A DNA stretch of 64,000 bases from a bacterium (GTDB lineage: Bacteria > Electryoneota > JAOADG01): NCBI GenBank assembly GCA_963681965.1, contig OY820579.1, positions 1,280,001-1,344,000 on the forward strand, read 5' to 3'. Below are positions 48,241 through 59,180 of this stretch, piece by piece (positions within the stretch are counted from its first letter, which is position 1; the number at the start of each line of letters is the position of its first letter). The notes under the pieces are model-generated. The model made no database searches and had not been told where the DNA came from. It saw only the letters and a list, made by a program, of their open reading frames with translations. A program made the translations under genes and the position numbers.

Positions 48241-49491
48241 TTAATGTCCGCTTCGACCGCCACCCGCTGGTGGACCACCCGGACCGCCCGGACCGCCCGG
48301 TCCGCCAGCTCGACTCATGGGATTCAATGGATTAGTACCTTGCGAAGCAGTTGCTTGCTCACTCGCAGTCAGCGTGCCGATTACAATCGAGTCACCTTCT
48401 GCTAATCCTTCAGTCACTTCGATTTCGGATGAAGTTGTCAAACCTACGCGAATCGGTTTCTTGAAGAGGACATTTTTTGGATCAGCCATGTAAACCGTTG
48501 CCCGAGTTGGATCGTTCCGCTCGCGAACTCGTTTTTGAGTAGTGGATTGTTGAGAATTTGTCGAATTAGTTGGCTGTTTATCTGCCGTCGGTCGAAAGCG
48601 CGTTGCCGATGCTGCGATCTTCAAGACACTTTCTATTCGAGCTGTTTCGATTGATACTGTTGCAGTCAAGCCCGGCATCAATTTTCCAGTCCGATTTTCC
48701 ACTCCAATAACGACGGTATAAGTAACGACATTCGAATTTACTTGAGGTGCTAGTCGAACTTGTTCGACTTGTCCCCGAAATGTCACATCTGGAAACGCAT
48801 CAACAGTAAAAGTAGCAGGATTACCTGTGGCAATTTGTCCGATATCCGCTTCATCGACCGATGCCATAAGTCGCATTTTTCCCAAATCTTGCGCAATTGT
48901 GAAGATTGTCGGTGCACTCATACTTGCCGCAACAGTTTGACCGACATCGACATTTCGGGAAATAACGATACCGTCGATCGGGCTGTTGATGTGGGCGTAG
49001 TTTAGGTTCGTTCGAGTTCGGGTTAACCCAGCGCGAGCTGCGGACACATTGGCTTGAGCTGTTTCGTAATCGGCAAGCGCACGATCGTAATCGACTGGAG
49101 CAATTAATTTACTGTTCGCAAGCGACTCGGCGCGCAAGAAATCGCGTTTGGTTGCATTAAAATTCGCAATCGCCTTCGCTAGATTGGCTTCCGATTCATC
49201 GACTTGAGTGGCAAGAAACGTGGTGTCGAGTAACGCCAATTTCTGCCCTTTTCGGACAACATCGTTAAAATCGGCATATAGAGCCGCTATTGTTCCACTC
49301 ACTTGAGATCCAACAGTTACCGTCGTAACTGCTTCCAAGTCGCCAGTTGCATTAACGGTTCGAACAATATCGCCCCGATTCACCCTAGTGTAACGGTAAT
49401 GAACTTGGCCATTGCTTTTTTTCTGAAAGACGAAAAAGAGCGATACACCGATTGCTAACACGATAACAGAAAGAATAATCCAGCGTTTCAT
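48241..49491 (-). CDS. MacA-like periplasmic adaptor subunit
   Basis: VGSQVSG, SPIDGIVISRNVDVGQTVAAS, VDEADIG, LMPGLTA. Confidence 0.93.
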   Translation of the reverse strand: MKRWIILSVIVLAIGVSLFFVFQKKSNGQVHYRYTRVNRGDIVRTVNATGDLEAVTTVTVGSQVSGTIAALYADFNDVVRKGQKLALLDTTFLATQVDESEANLAKAIANFNATKRDFLRAESLANSKLIAPVDYDRALADYETAQANVSAARAGLTRTRTNLNYAHINSPIDGIVISRNVDVGQTVAASMSAPTIFTIAQDLGKMRLMASVDEADIGQIATGNPATFTVDAFPDVTFRGQVEQVRLAPQVNSNVVTYTVVIGVENRTGKLMPGLTATVSIETARIESVLKIAASATRFRPTADKQPTNSTNSQQSTTQKRVRERNDPTRATVYMADPKNVLFKKPIRVGLTTSSEIEVTEGLAEGDSIVIGTLTASEQATASQGTNPLNPMSRAGGPGGPGGPGGPPAGGGRSGH

Positions 49492-49897
49492 GAGAAAATC
49501 CTGAGAAGGAAATGAAGTTGATCTAGTGCTCGCAAATTAGATAGTCAAAACTCGAGATCCGTTTAATCGGCGAGAAAGAATCGGAAGGAGTTGTGAATCC
49601 ATACATCAATGATTGAGTTGAAGTTACCTAGACCGAAACAATCAACCAATACGATTCGCTAAGCAAAGTGTTGATCGTTCGGTTGATAAATATACGCTCA
49701 ACAATCGAAATATGTTTCATTATGCAAGCACTAGTAAAAATCGCTACTTGGGTCACTGAAGCTGAGGGTTGCCTCAGACTGTGGAATTTCGTAGCTTTAC
49801 CTGAATTTGAAACCTGCCTGCGGACACCGCTGCAGTTCGAACATCACTCAAAGTGCATCATGGTATGGCATTTTCTCCACAAATGAAAGGAAAGCCG

Positions 49898-51907
49898 ATG
49901 AAAGCGTACTTCCGCTGGGGATTCATCGCTGTGATCGGGATCGCACTCCTTCTAGCGATTTCCGGATGTAGTACTAAGAAGAAAATCGAAGTAAAACCGA
50001 TGGCGATCAAAACCGTCACCGTGATTACTCCTCCCGGAGCATTACCTGATGTACCTGCAGAAAAAGGTGGTGCCGGATTTGAAAAGATCGCTGTCGCCCA
50101 AGGCTGGAAAACACTTGGTGAAGACGAATACCCTTCCGCGTTAGACACGACTGCGAAAAAGGGGGGTAGCATCCGATACGCAATGACGGAATTCCCCACG
50201 AATCTCCGACATGAGGGCAAAGATGCCAATACCACTTTGAATCGAATGCTCGCTGGTATGTGCTACGAGTCGCTGCTCGGTACCAATATGCTCCAACAGT
50301 ATGTACCCGGACTCGCAAGCCATTGGAAAATCTCCGAAGACAAAATGACGTTTGAATTTCGTATCGATCCTCGAACGCGGTGGTCCGATGGAACCCGCGT
50401 GACTTCGGAAGACGTGATCGCGACTTGGAAACTAGCTGTCGACCCCGGTTTGATTGATGCCTACAGTAACCAACTGTATACCAAGTATGACGAACCCGTT
50501 GCCGAAGGTCCATACATGGTCAAGGTTCACACAACTGAACTGAATTGGCGTCATTTCCTTTATTTTGCTGCATCCCTGTCGATTCTTCCGGCGAAAGAGC
50601 TGAATCAACTTGAGGGTCCGTTCTATTCCGATTGGAAAAAGACCGCCAAAAAGGGTGAGAAATCCCCACGAACCAAGGGCTCTGATTACTTGAACAAATA
50701 CCAGTTCAAGATGTTCATGGGTTCAGGTGTGTATGTAATTCAACCCGAAGACATTATCAAGGATGTTTCGATCACCCTAACGCGCCGGTCCGACTATTGG
50801 GATCAAGAATCGAAGGGAACCAAGTACGGTGCCAATTTCGATAAAATCAAATTCCTGGTTGTCAAAGACGAACGCTTGACTTTTGAAAAATTCAAGAAAG
50901 GTGAGATCGACATGTATTATGTCGGTCGGGCACAGTGGTGGAAAGAGGAATTCGAATTTGACCACATCAAGCGCGGTCTGATCCAGAAACGCAAAGTGTA
51001 TAATTACAATGCCCAAGGCGTGAACGGATTTGCTTTCAACATGCGGCGCGAACCGTTCAACGATCTCCGAATTCGAAAAGCGACTGCTATGTTGGTGAAC
51101 CGTCCGAAGCTGATCGAAAAGTTATTCTTTAGCGAATATCTCCCGCTCGATAGCTATTACCCGTCGACGGTATATGCCAACCCCAACGATCTGAAGATTA
51201 AATTCGATCCCGAAACCGCTCAAAACCTTCTTGCCGAAGCGGGCTGGAACAAACGGGACAAAGATGGCGTCCTGTTGAAGAATGGCAAACGGTTTGAATT
51301 GGATCTGATGTTTACTAAAGGCGAAGAACGATTCTTGACCGTTATTCAGGAAGATCTTCAAAAAGCCGGTATTAAAATCAATTTGAAGGAAACGACCGGT
51401 GCCACCGCGTTTTCGATGATTAATGAACGTAAATTTGACCTTTACTTCATGAATTGGGGTGGTTTGTCGATTCCGAATCCCGAATCGAGCATGCGTTCCA
51501 ATACCGCAGATTCGATGTATACCACCAATCTTCCCGGTATCAAGGATAAACGAATTGATCAACTGTGCGATGAATACAACATTTGTTTCGATTTACCGCG
51601 ACGAATCCAGATCATTCGCGAAATCGATTCGATTGCTTGCTCGCAGGTAACCTATGCATTCGGTTGGTATGGTCCCTTTAACCGAATCGCATTCTGGAAT
51701 AAATTTAATATGCCGCCTTGGATCCTTTCTCGAACCGGCGATTTCTTCGATGCGATGTCGCTATGGTCGTACAACCCGGAGAAAGCAGCGGAAATTGAAG
51801 CCGCTCTAAAAGATCCAAGCAAGAAACTCCCCGTCGGAGAGACCGAGAACAAGTACTGGATCGAGTGGACGAAGCAGAACGAAAAACTGTTATCCAGTTC
51901 GCTGTAA
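49898..51907 (+). CDS. ABC peptide-binding lipoprotein, family 5 (YejA-like)
   Basis: Lipobox LAISGC; KKGG, RWSDG..VTSEDV, FNMRREPFNDLRIRKA. Confidence 0.9.
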   Translation: MKAYFRWGFIAVIGIALLLAISGCSTKKKIEVKPMAIKTVTVITPPGALPDVPAEKGGAGFEKIAVAQGWKTLGEDEYPSALDTTAKKGGSIRYAMTEFPTNLRHEGKDANTTLNRMLAGMCYESLLGTNMLQQYVPGLASHWKISEDKMTFEFRIDPRTRWSDGTRVTSEDVIATWKLAVDPGLIDAYSNQLYTKYDEPVAEGPYMVKVHTTELNWRHFLYFAASLSILPAKELNQLEGPFYSDWKKTAKKGEKSPRTKGSDYLNKYQFKMFMGSGVYVIQPEDIIKDVSITLTRRSDYWDQESKGTKYGANFDKIKFLVVKDERLTFEKFKKGEIDMYYVGRAQWWKEEFEFDHIKRGLIQKRKVYNYNAQGVNGFAFNMRREPFNDLRIRKATAMLVNRPKLIEKLFFSEYLPLDSYYPSTVYANPNDLKIKFDPETAQNLLAEAGWNKRDKDGVLLKNGKRFELDLMFTKGEERFLTVIQEDLQKAGIKINLKETTGATAFSMINERKFDLYFMNWGGLSIPNPESSMRSNTADSMYTTNLPGIKDKRIDQLCDEYNICFDLPRRIQIIREIDSIACSQVTYAFGWYGPFNRIAFWNKFNMPPWILSRTGDFFDAMSLWSYNPEKAAEIEAALKDPSKKLPVGETENKYWIEWTKQNEKLLSSSL

Positions 51908-51915
51908 ATCTTTTA

Positions 51916-51963
51916 TGTTGGGAAAAAGAAGGCAGGGACGCCTCGTTCCTGCTTTCCCCAACA
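51916..51963 (+). promoter_or_regulatory. Stem-loop between binding-protein and permease genes
   Basis: GTTGGG..GGCAGGGACG-CCT-CGTTCCTGCT..CCCAAC; such hairpins commonly stabilise or attenuate ABC operon mRNA. Confidence 0.5.
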
Positions 51964-52071
51964 CCATACGTAGTTCAAAGAGCGGCGATTGGAGTGCTTC
52001 GATCAATTCAGTGATCATTCCAACTTTCCCGCTTGGCTGTGTATCCAACTGACCCATAGTAAGAGACGCCT

Positions 52072-53115
52072 ATGTCAAGCATGACGACGTATTTCATCCG
52101 ACGATTACTGCTAGTTATTCCCACTTTTCTCGGAATCACTGTGATCAGCTTTTGCATCATGCAAATCGTTCCTGGCGGTCCGTTGGAGCAGGAGATCATG
52201 AAGATCCGCTCGCAAGGAATGATGGGTGGAGAAACCCAAGGCGCATCAGGTCGTACCGGATCGACCCAAATTCCCGAAGAAGTGTTGAATGAAATGAAGA
52301 AATTCTACGGTTTCGATAAACCGATTCCGCTTCGCTATGCAACATGGCTCTGGAACATTCTCCATTTGGATCTGGGTCGCAGTTATGTCTACGGTGAACC
52401 GGTATGGGATGTAATCAAGTCGCGGTTCCCGGTTTCGATTTATTTCGGTCTGATTGGTTTTACGATCTCTTACACGGTCTGTGTCCCGTTGGGAGTCTGG
52501 AAGGCAGTGAAACACGGGAGCTCTTTCGACTTCCTTAGTTCATCACTGGTCTTTCTTGGCTATTCCTTACCCGGATGGGCATTAGGCGCAATCTTACTGG
52601 TTTTGCTCGGCGGCGGCAGCTTTTGGGACGTCTTCCCGTTGGGAGGTTTCCGAAGTGAAGGATGGGCGGATCTGCCAGTGTGGGATAAAATAATCGATCA
52701 GGTCTATCATACTATTCTTCCAATAATGGCGATGACTGTTGGCTCGTTCGCAACTTTGACCGTATTGATGAAGAATGGTTTGATGGAGCAGCTCGGACAA
52801 GATTACGTTCGTACGGCTTTTGCGAAGGGGCTTTCGGAAAAACGAGTCATCTTCCTACACGCATTACGCAATAGCTTGATCCCTATCGCGACCACGATCG
52901 GTGGAATGATCGGTATCATTCTCTCCGGCAGTTACTTGATTGAACTAACGTTCAATATCAATGGCTTTGGTTTGCTCGGTTTTACCAGCATGGTGAATCG
53001 GGATTATCCGATCGTTCTGGGCGAATTGGTCATCGGAACCTTGATCGGTTTAATCGGGGCGATCATTTCGGACATGGTTCTCGCAATGGTCGATCCGCGA
53101 ATTCGTTTCCGATAG
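52072..53115 (+). CDS. ABC peptide permease (YejB/OppB-like)
   Basis: YFIRRLLLVIPT, VPGGP, YGFDKP, DYVRTAFAKGL, RDYP, DPRIRF. Confidence 0.93.
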   Translation: MSSMTTYFIRRLLLVIPTFLGITVISFCIMQIVPGGPLEQEIMKIRSQGMMGGETQGASGRTGSTQIPEEVLNEMKKFYGFDKPIPLRYATWLWNILHLDLGRSYVYGEPVWDVIKSRFPVSIYFGLIGFTISYTVCVPLGVWKAVKHGSSFDFLSSSLVFLGYSLPGWALGAILLVLLGGGSFWDVFPLGGFRSEGWADLPVWDKIIDQVYHTILPIMAMTVGSFATLTVLMKNGLMEQLGQDYVRTAFAKGLSEKRVIFLHALRNSLIPIATTIGGMIGIILSGSYLIELTFNINGFGLLGFTSMVNRDYPIVLGELVIGTLIGLIGAIISDMVLAMVDPRIRFR

Positions 53116-53208
53116 AATTAACAGCACGAGGTGATCGATCGAGCTGATGGAACAGATCCGATCGAATGCCTTGAACGAAATAGCTTTCAATACCCATAGG
53201 GTTTCACG

Positions 53209-54309
53209 ATGAGTGTACAGACCAAACCGACGGTCAGTGTCGGCACCGAAGAGATTGCATCCGGTCAGGAAATTGCATCGATTTCGCTCTTCCGAAAACG
53301 GTTGAAGAAATTCCGGTCGCTCAAGCGGGGCTACTACAGCTTTTTACTGATCGCAACTGCCTATGTTATGAGCTTTTTCCTGATGTTTCTGGTGAACAGC
53401 AAAGCGCTTGTGGTGCATTATAACGGCAGTACGTATTTCCCGGTCTTCAAATATTATCCGAAGGAAACGTTCGGTCAACCGGGGTATGGTGAAACGAATT
53501 ACCGTCAACTGAAGAAAGAATTTGCTCAGAGCGGAGCGGGAAATTGGGAGATTCTGCCCCCTTACCCATACGATCCCATTGAAAGCTTACTGGATGAATT
53601 GGAAGGAACACCACCGCATCCCCCATCGTCGCAACACTGGATGGGAACCGATGATCGAGGTCGCGATGTGCTGGCACGAATGGCGTATGGGTTCAGAATT
53701 TCGATCTCCTTTGCTTTATTACTTGTCCTCTTTGATTATATATTGGGTATTTCTGCAGGTGCTTGTCTCGGGTTTTATAGCGGAAAGATCGACTTGTTCG
53801 GTCAACGCTTAATGGAACTCTGGGGTGCCTTCGGCGGAATTTACATGCTGATTATTTTGACATCGATTTTCCGTCCGAACTTCTTCTTTCTAGTGTTTTT
53901 CCTTTCGGCATGGGCATGGATGGGAATTTCATATTACATCCGCAGTGAGTTCTATCGCGAGAAAGCCAAAGACTACGTTTCTGCCGCTATCGCGATGGGT
54001 GCAACCGATCGTCAGATTATTTTCAAACACATTCTCCCCAATGCGCTAACGCCGATTATCAGCTTTGGACCATTCGCCATCGTTGGCGGTATCGGTACGC
54101 TAGTATCACTCGATTATCTCGGTTTCGGTCTTCCACCACCAACTCCGTCATGGGGACAAATGGTGTCGGTCGGACTACAGAATATCGAAAAGTGGTGGCT
54201 GGTGCTGTTCCCGTTGGGAACCGAGTTCGTCACACTGTTGTTGGTAGTTTTCATTGGTGAAGCGATCCGTAATGCATTCGATCCGCGCGAGTATTCGAGG
54301 TTGAGATGA
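53209..54309 (+). CDS. ABC peptide permease (YejE/OppC-like)
   Basis: HWMGTDDRGRDVLAR, HILPNAL, LDYLGFGLP, GEAIRNAFDP. Confidence 0.93.
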   Translation: MSVQTKPTVSVGTEEIASGQEIASISLFRKRLKKFRSLKRGYYSFLLIATAYVMSFFLMFLVNSKALVVHYNGSTYFPVFKYYPKETFGQPGYGETNYRQLKKEFAQSGAGNWEILPPYPYDPIESLLDELEGTPPHPPSSQHWMGTDDRGRDVLARMAYGFRISISFALLLVLFDYILGISAGACLGFYSGKIDLFGQRLMELWGAFGGIYMLIILTSIFRPNFFFLVFFLSAWAWMGISYYIRSEFYREKAKDYVSAAIAMGATDRQIIFKHILPNALTPIISFGPFAIVGGIGTLVSLDYLGFGLPPPTPSWGQMVSVGLQNIEKWWLVLFPLGTEFVTLLLVVFIGEAIRNAFDPREYSRLR

Positions 54310-55343
54310 CAGAAATTGCTCAAAAGGTCCTACTGGATATTCGCGACCTGAAAACTTATTTCTATATCGAGAAACAAGCCGCTCCTGCCGTCGATGGTGT
54401 TACTTTCCAAATTATGGAAGGTGAAGTCTTTGGGTTGGTCGGCGAATCGGGATCGGGAAAAAGTGTAACGGCGCAGAGCATTATGCGGTTAATCCCGGAT
54501 CCCCCGGGAAAAATTGTCAACGGCGAAATCCTGTTGCGTGGTGTCGATTTGTTGAAATTGCCGTTGACTGAAATGCGCAAATATCGCGGCAAAGAAATCG
54601 GAATGATTTTTCAGGAACCGATGACTTCGCTAAACCCGGTTTACACCATTGGTTACCAGTTGCGCGAAGTGGTGATTGCCCACGAAAATATGACGAAAGA
54701 TCAAGCGAACGACCTCGTTGCTGCTGTTTTGGATCAAGTGGGAATCTCAGATGCCAAGAAACGCTTGGAAGATTTTCCGCATCAATTTTCCGGTGGTATG
54801 CGGCAACGTGTGATGATCGCAATGGCACTCGCCTGCAATCCATCGTTACTGATCGCCGATGAACCGACGACTGCACTGGATGTTACTATCCAAGCGCAAA
54901 TTCTCGAATTGATGTTGTCGGAAAAAGCGAAACGAAAAGAAGCTGCGATTCTGCTGATCACCCACGATTTGGCAGTGATTGCCGAAACTTGTCAGCGAGT
55001 TGCCGTGATGTATGGCGGGATGATTCAAGAAATCGCACCGGTATTCGAGCTATTTGAAAATCCATCACACCCTTATACACGTGGTTTGATGGGCTCTTTG
55101 CCTTCGCCGAAAACGAAACATCGTTCGAAGTTAATGACCATCCCCGGAACGGTTCCCTCGATTTTCGAACTACCCAAAGGGTGTAAATTCTGTACCCGGT
55201 GCACCGAGAAAATTCCGATTTGCGATTCGGTCGAACCACCATTGCATAAAGTCGCCGACGGACATTGGTCGCGTTGTCATTTAGTCGATCCGTACAAGGG
55301 CGCGCATGTGGCAGACAAAGCCAGAGCCGCAGCCGGGAAATGA
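54306..55343 (+). CDS. Oligopeptide ABC ATPase (OppD-like)
   Basis: [27 protein letters not shown]-terminal Cys cluster. Confidence 0.95.
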   Translation: MTEIAQKVLLDIRDLKTYFYIEKQAAPAVDGVTFQIMEGEVFGLVGESGSGKSVTAQSIMRLIPDPPGKIVNGEILLRGVDLLKLPLTEMRKYRGKEIGMIFQEPMTSLNPVYTIGYQLREVVIAHENMTKDQANDLVAAVLDQVGISDAKKRLEDFPHQFSGGMRQRVMIAMALACNPSLLIADEPTTALDVTIQAQILELMLSEKAKRKEAAILLITHDLAVIAETCQRVAVMYGGMIQEIAPVFELFENPSHPYTRGLMGSLPSPKTKHRSKLMTIPGTVPSIFELPKGCKFCTRCTEKIPICDSVEPPLHKVADGHWSRCHLVDPYKGAHVADKARAAAGK

Positions 55344-55351
55344 GGTAGATC

Positions 55352-56356
55352 GTGAGCAATGAATTATTACTATCGGTGAAAGATCTGAAGGTCTACTTCC
55401 CAATTTTCGGCGGTATTTTTTATAAAAAACAGGGTGAAGTAAAAGCCGTAGACGGCGTGTCGTTCGACATGTTTCGCGCGGAAACCTTGGGTCTTGTGGG
55501 CGAATCCGGTTGTGGTAAATCGACTACCGGTCGCGCCATTATCAATGTGCTTCGGTTCATTTCTCCCGACGTTCATCTTGGTGGGGAGATCAACCTAAAC
55601 GAAAAAGGTCAAGGATTTGTCAATCTTCTTGCTTTGAAAAAAGACGAAATGCGTCCTTATCGCAGCCGAATTCAAATGGTTTTTCAAGATCCTTACAGTT
55701 CACTGAACCCACGTATGACCGTCAAGCAGATCGTCGAAGAACCACTGAAAATCCATACGAACCTAACCAGTGTCGAACGCGATGAACGGGTAGCATGGTT
55801 GTTGAGTAAAGTCGGATTGCGACCGGAACAGGCGCGTCGTTATCCCCATGAATTCTCCGGTGGGCAACGACAGCGTATCGGCGTTGCACGATCATTGGCG
55901 ACCAATCCTGAAATCATTATCGCCGATGAACCGGTTTCGGCACTGGACGTGTCAATTCAAGCGCAGGTTCTAAATCTGTTACTGGAATTGCAAGAAGAAT
56001 TTAAATTAACCTACTTATTTATTGCCCACGATTTGTCGGTAGTTCAGCATATCAGCCATCGTATCGCAGTAATGTATCTCGGTAATATTGTCGAAATTGG
56101 CACTTCGCAACAAATTTTCTTCGAACCGAAGCATCCGTATTCGAAGGCATTGATCAGTGCCGTTCCGCTACCTGAACCACAAAAGACTCGTCCTACCCGA
56201 CAAGTGTTAGTTGGCGATGTCCCGACACCGTTGGCGAAACCATCCGGTTGCGGATTCCGTACGCGCTGTCCGATTGCCAAACCCGATTGTGCACAACGCA
56301 TACCCGATCTTTTGGATAAAGGAAATGGGCAACTAGTTGCTTGTCCGTATGCTTGA
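55352..56356 (+). CDS. Oligopeptide ABC ATPase (OppF-like)
   Basis: [27 protein letters not shown]-terminal Cys cluster. Confidence 0.95.
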   Translation: MSNELLLSVKDLKVYFPIFGGIFYKKQGEVKAVDGVSFDMFRAETLGLVGESGCGKSTTGRAIINVLRFISPDVHLGGEINLNEKGQGFVNLLALKKDEMRPYRSRIQMVFQDPYSSLNPRMTVKQIVEEPLKIHTNLTSVERDERVAWLLSKVGLRPEQARRYPHEFSGGQRQRIGVARSLATNPEIIIADEPVSALDVSIQAQVLNLLLELQEEFKLTYLFIAHDLSVVQHISHRIAVMYLGNIVEIGTSQQIFFEPKHPYSKALISAVPLPEPQKTRPTRQVLVGDVPTPLAKPSGCGFRTRCPIAKPDCAQRIPDLLDKGNGQLVACPYA

Positions 56357-56373
56357 TCTATCGGATGAAATTG

Positions 56374-56408
56374 AAAAGCCGCACTGTGTGTCAGTGCGGC
56401 TTTTTTTT
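56374..56408. terminator. Bidirectional intrinsic terminator
   Basis: AAAAGCCGCACTG-TGTGT-CAGTGCGGCTTTTTTTT. Confidence 0.85.
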
Positions 56409-56409
56409 A

Positions 56410-57855
56410 TTAGAATCGATTGGATTTGCTTCTGCCGATTTGATCGAAGTTGTAGATATTTTGAATGACCTCCATTTCGGATATTCCGGGAGTGAGGAAA
56501 GGCACTACCCGATCGAATGAGTCGGTATTTCCAATCCAAGCACGAACCAGATAGTACATCGATTTGCTGTGACGAATCACCGATTGATGCACGTAGGTCA
56601 AACTGTCCTGATGATAAGTTGCACCAAGAAAATTCCAATAGGGTGAGCTGTATGTGTTTTTGAAATAAACTAAATACCTCTGAACATCTATGGGATTTCC
56701 CAAAGCAGTTTGAGACACTCTGGTCCATGACAATCGAACATCTTCACCAGCGGCATTCGCTTGCAGTGATGTCGCTCGCGGTGGATCGGGCGCGCTCTGG
56801 ACATCGATGTAGAATGTATCGCGTGCAACTTGATTGCTGTCATCGGTTGCAGTGACAATGAACGCTGTCACACCGCTACGATTGGCTACTGGATCAAGAT
56901 TCAACCACCGGCCATTCATGATACCTGTGGCTGATTGTCCATCGACAAATACGCAATAACGTAAAGAGTCACCACGAACCAAATCGTTATCCGAGAAGAT
57001 CGTATCCAGTCGAATCAACATATAAGGGAAATTCATCGGAAGTGAATAATCTGGTATTGGATGCTGAACGAAGGGTTTGTAGTTACCTGCAAGGGTAATA
57101 GTATCGACTTTAACAATCGACCATTTACCGAAAGCATCCTTAGCACGAATATACAAGTGGTGTTCACCGAGTGAATACTCCGATAAATCCACCGTAAAGT
57201 TTACTGTGGGTTGCGAACTGCTACTAACTGGAATCGCTAGTCCCAAACCTAATCCGGGATCGTCATCGAGATAATACTCAATTCCAACGATATCGGGTAC
57301 AGTCGGTATCGGTACATCGGCAATAACGTGAATCTTCTTTGAATAAGGTATGCTCCATATACCGTCGGCGTTTCGCGATCGAACGTAAAGCGTATGGAAA
57401 CCCGGCGAAAGTCCGGTTACATCGACAGTCAGAGTTTGATTGAGCACCGGTGAGTAATTAGCAAACTCATTGATTACTCCGTTTCCGATTCCAGGATCGA
57501 GATCGAAAAAATATTCTATCGCGTTAGTATTCGGTGACGCTACGATTGGTTCGGTGAATACATGAATCGTTTTAACAAACGGTATTGACCATCGACCGCT
57601 ATTATCGCGGGCACGGATATACAGTCGATGGAATCCTGATGTTAATCCGGATGTATTGACGGAGAGCGTCGCTGATATTTGTTGACCGTAATAGTAGGAA
57701 ACCATTGTTCCGTTTCCTAGACCGGGATCGGTGTCGAAGAAATATTCAAACCACCAATAATCCTGAGCAAAGCAATTTGAAACAGTAATGGAAAAAAAGC
57801 ATAGAATCACTGCCGCAACCGCAAATCCAGGAGATCTGGTAATAATCATAATCAC
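56410..57855 (-). CDS. Secreted protein with three EY(F/Y)xDxDPG Ig-like repeats and C-terminal beta-sandwich domains
   Basis: Signal peptide; repeats EYFFDTDPGLGNG, EYFFDLDPGIGNG, EYYLDDDPGLGLG, each followed by G.H.LY(I/V)R..(D/N)..G.WS. Confidence 0.8.
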   Translation of the reverse strand: MIMIITRSPGFAVAAVILCFFSITVSNCFAQDYWWFEYFFDTDPGLGNGTMVSYYYGQQISATLSVNTSGLTSGFHRLYIRARDNSGRWSIPFVKTIHVFTEPIVASPNTNAIEYFFDLDPGIGNGVINEFANYSPVLNQTLTVDVTGLSPGFHTLYVRSRNADGIWSIPYSKKIHVIADVPIPTVPDIVGIEYYLDDDPGLGLGLAIPVSSSSQPTVNFTVDLSEYSLGEHHLYIRAKDAFGKWSIVKVDTITLAGNYKPFVQHPIPDYSLPMNFPYMLIRLDTIFSDNDLVRGDSLRYCVFVDGQSATGIMNGRWLNLDPVANRSGVTAFIVTATDDSNQVARDTFYIDVQSAPDPPRATSLQANAAGEDVRLSWTRVSQTALGNPIDVQRYLVYFKNTYSSPYWNFLGATYHQDSLTYVHQSVIRHSKSMYYLVRAWIGNTDSFDRVVPFLTPGISEMEVIQNIYNFDQIGRSKSNRF

Positions 57856-57885
57856 TCCTTTTGTTGTTGGTTCGATTTCGATTGC

Positions 57886-58893
57886 TTACGGATGCGATGT
57901 TGCTTGAATCGTAATGCTCAGTCCACTGGTCGGTGTCGCGTGACTGTAGCTCGAGTAACTACTGATGCTTGGGATCGGAGGCATTCCCGAATTGACATAC
58001 GGATTCGCACCGCCAAATGCACCACAAGCAGTACCGTCCGTACCCGCTGAATTGGCAACTGAAGTTGGATTCAATCGATATTGATTCTCGGGGTGAGTCC
58101 CGCCTTCGATCAGGCTGACACGCGAGAGATTGGAGATATTATTGTTGGCACTGCCGATATTTTCGGAACTGACATTGTTATATAAGTTGGCTGCAGTAGC
58201 GATCGTAACGGGTGCCATAATAACATTATTGAAAATGTTACCATTGGATAAGAGGCAAGACGATCCAACGATGATATTATTATAGACGGCAGCATTGCCA
58301 TCGGGGGGGACACTTATTGATTGTAAAATATTGTTGCGGATAATCGTACCACTACCATATGCAAAGATGTAGGCACTAGGAATACTGCCGTCAAAGTAGC
58401 ATTGTTCAACAATTCCACCGACACCGGTTTCCAAGCTGCGACTAACTGACATGATGAATTTACATCGTCGAAATGTGACATTGTTGGCTTCAATTATCCA
58501 AATGGTAGAAGAAGTATTGAAAAAATATGTCTCGATGACAAATCCTTCGATAACAGTTCCACTGGCTTCTGGATAAATCAGCATCTGATAAATTTTCGCT
58601 ACGTTAGTATCGGCTTGAGTACCGCTGGAATTTGTCAGAAAATATCCCGGACCGATCCAAACCAATCGCTTGGTCAAAGTAAGCGGATTGTCGCCATCCT
58701 GATAGACATTTGCGTTCCCTTTGACGTAAACTGTATCACCGATATTGGCTGCAGTATGCGCTTCAGGTAGAGTATGATAGACGTTTCTGGAATTGTTGCT
58801 GTAATCGGGATCGACAAATAAAATAGCAGCACTCGCAGTACCGACCAGAAAGGACAGACAGGCGGTCAATAAACACAGTCGACAAAAGTTCAT
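57886..58893 (-). CDS. Secreted right-handed beta-helix protein
   Basis: Signal peptide; TL.EA..AA..GDTVYV, IGPGYFL, IRNNI/VYNNII/IFNNVI repeats, G.DGT.CGAFGG..PY. Confidence 0.8.
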   Translation of the reverse strand: MNFCRLCLLTACLSFLVGTASAAILFVDPDYSNNSRNVYHTLPEAHTAANIGDTVYVKGNANVYQDGDNPLTLTKRLVWIGPGYFLTNSSGTQADTNVAKIYQMLIYPEASGTVIEGFVIETYFFNTSSTIWIIEANNVTFRRCKFIMSVSRSLETGVGGIVEQCYFDGSIPSAYIFAYGSGTIIRNNILQSISVPPDGNAAVYNNIIVGSSCLLSNGNIFNNVIMAPVTIATAANLYNNVSSENIGSANNNISNLSRVSLIEGGTHPENQYRLNPTSVANSAGTDGTACGAFGGANPYVNSGMPPIPSISSYSSYSHATPTSGLSITIQATSHP

Positions 58894-59180
58894 AGCGATT
58901 CCTTTCGATTTATGAACCTGATGTTAGGAGAATTTAGCGCCGATCAGAGTTAGCAGAGTGGATTTTTTTAAAAGAAAACCAGACAAAAATGTGAACCAAC
59001 TAACAATATAGTCGAAGAGTGAAAAATTAGGAATTAATTTTAACATCAATAACAAATTTTGTGTGCGAAAAGTCACATAGTATCTTAAGATAGTTATTAC
59101 TATCGCACTGAGAAACCTTTTTCCGGTGATTCAAGTTCTAATTCTGACGTTATCACTCAATTTAATTTTTTGGAACAGCT

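Noticed and set aside
48270-48308. Short tandem repeat (CCCGGACCG-like units)
   Set aside because: Encodes a low-complexity GGP tail of the MacA-like protein.
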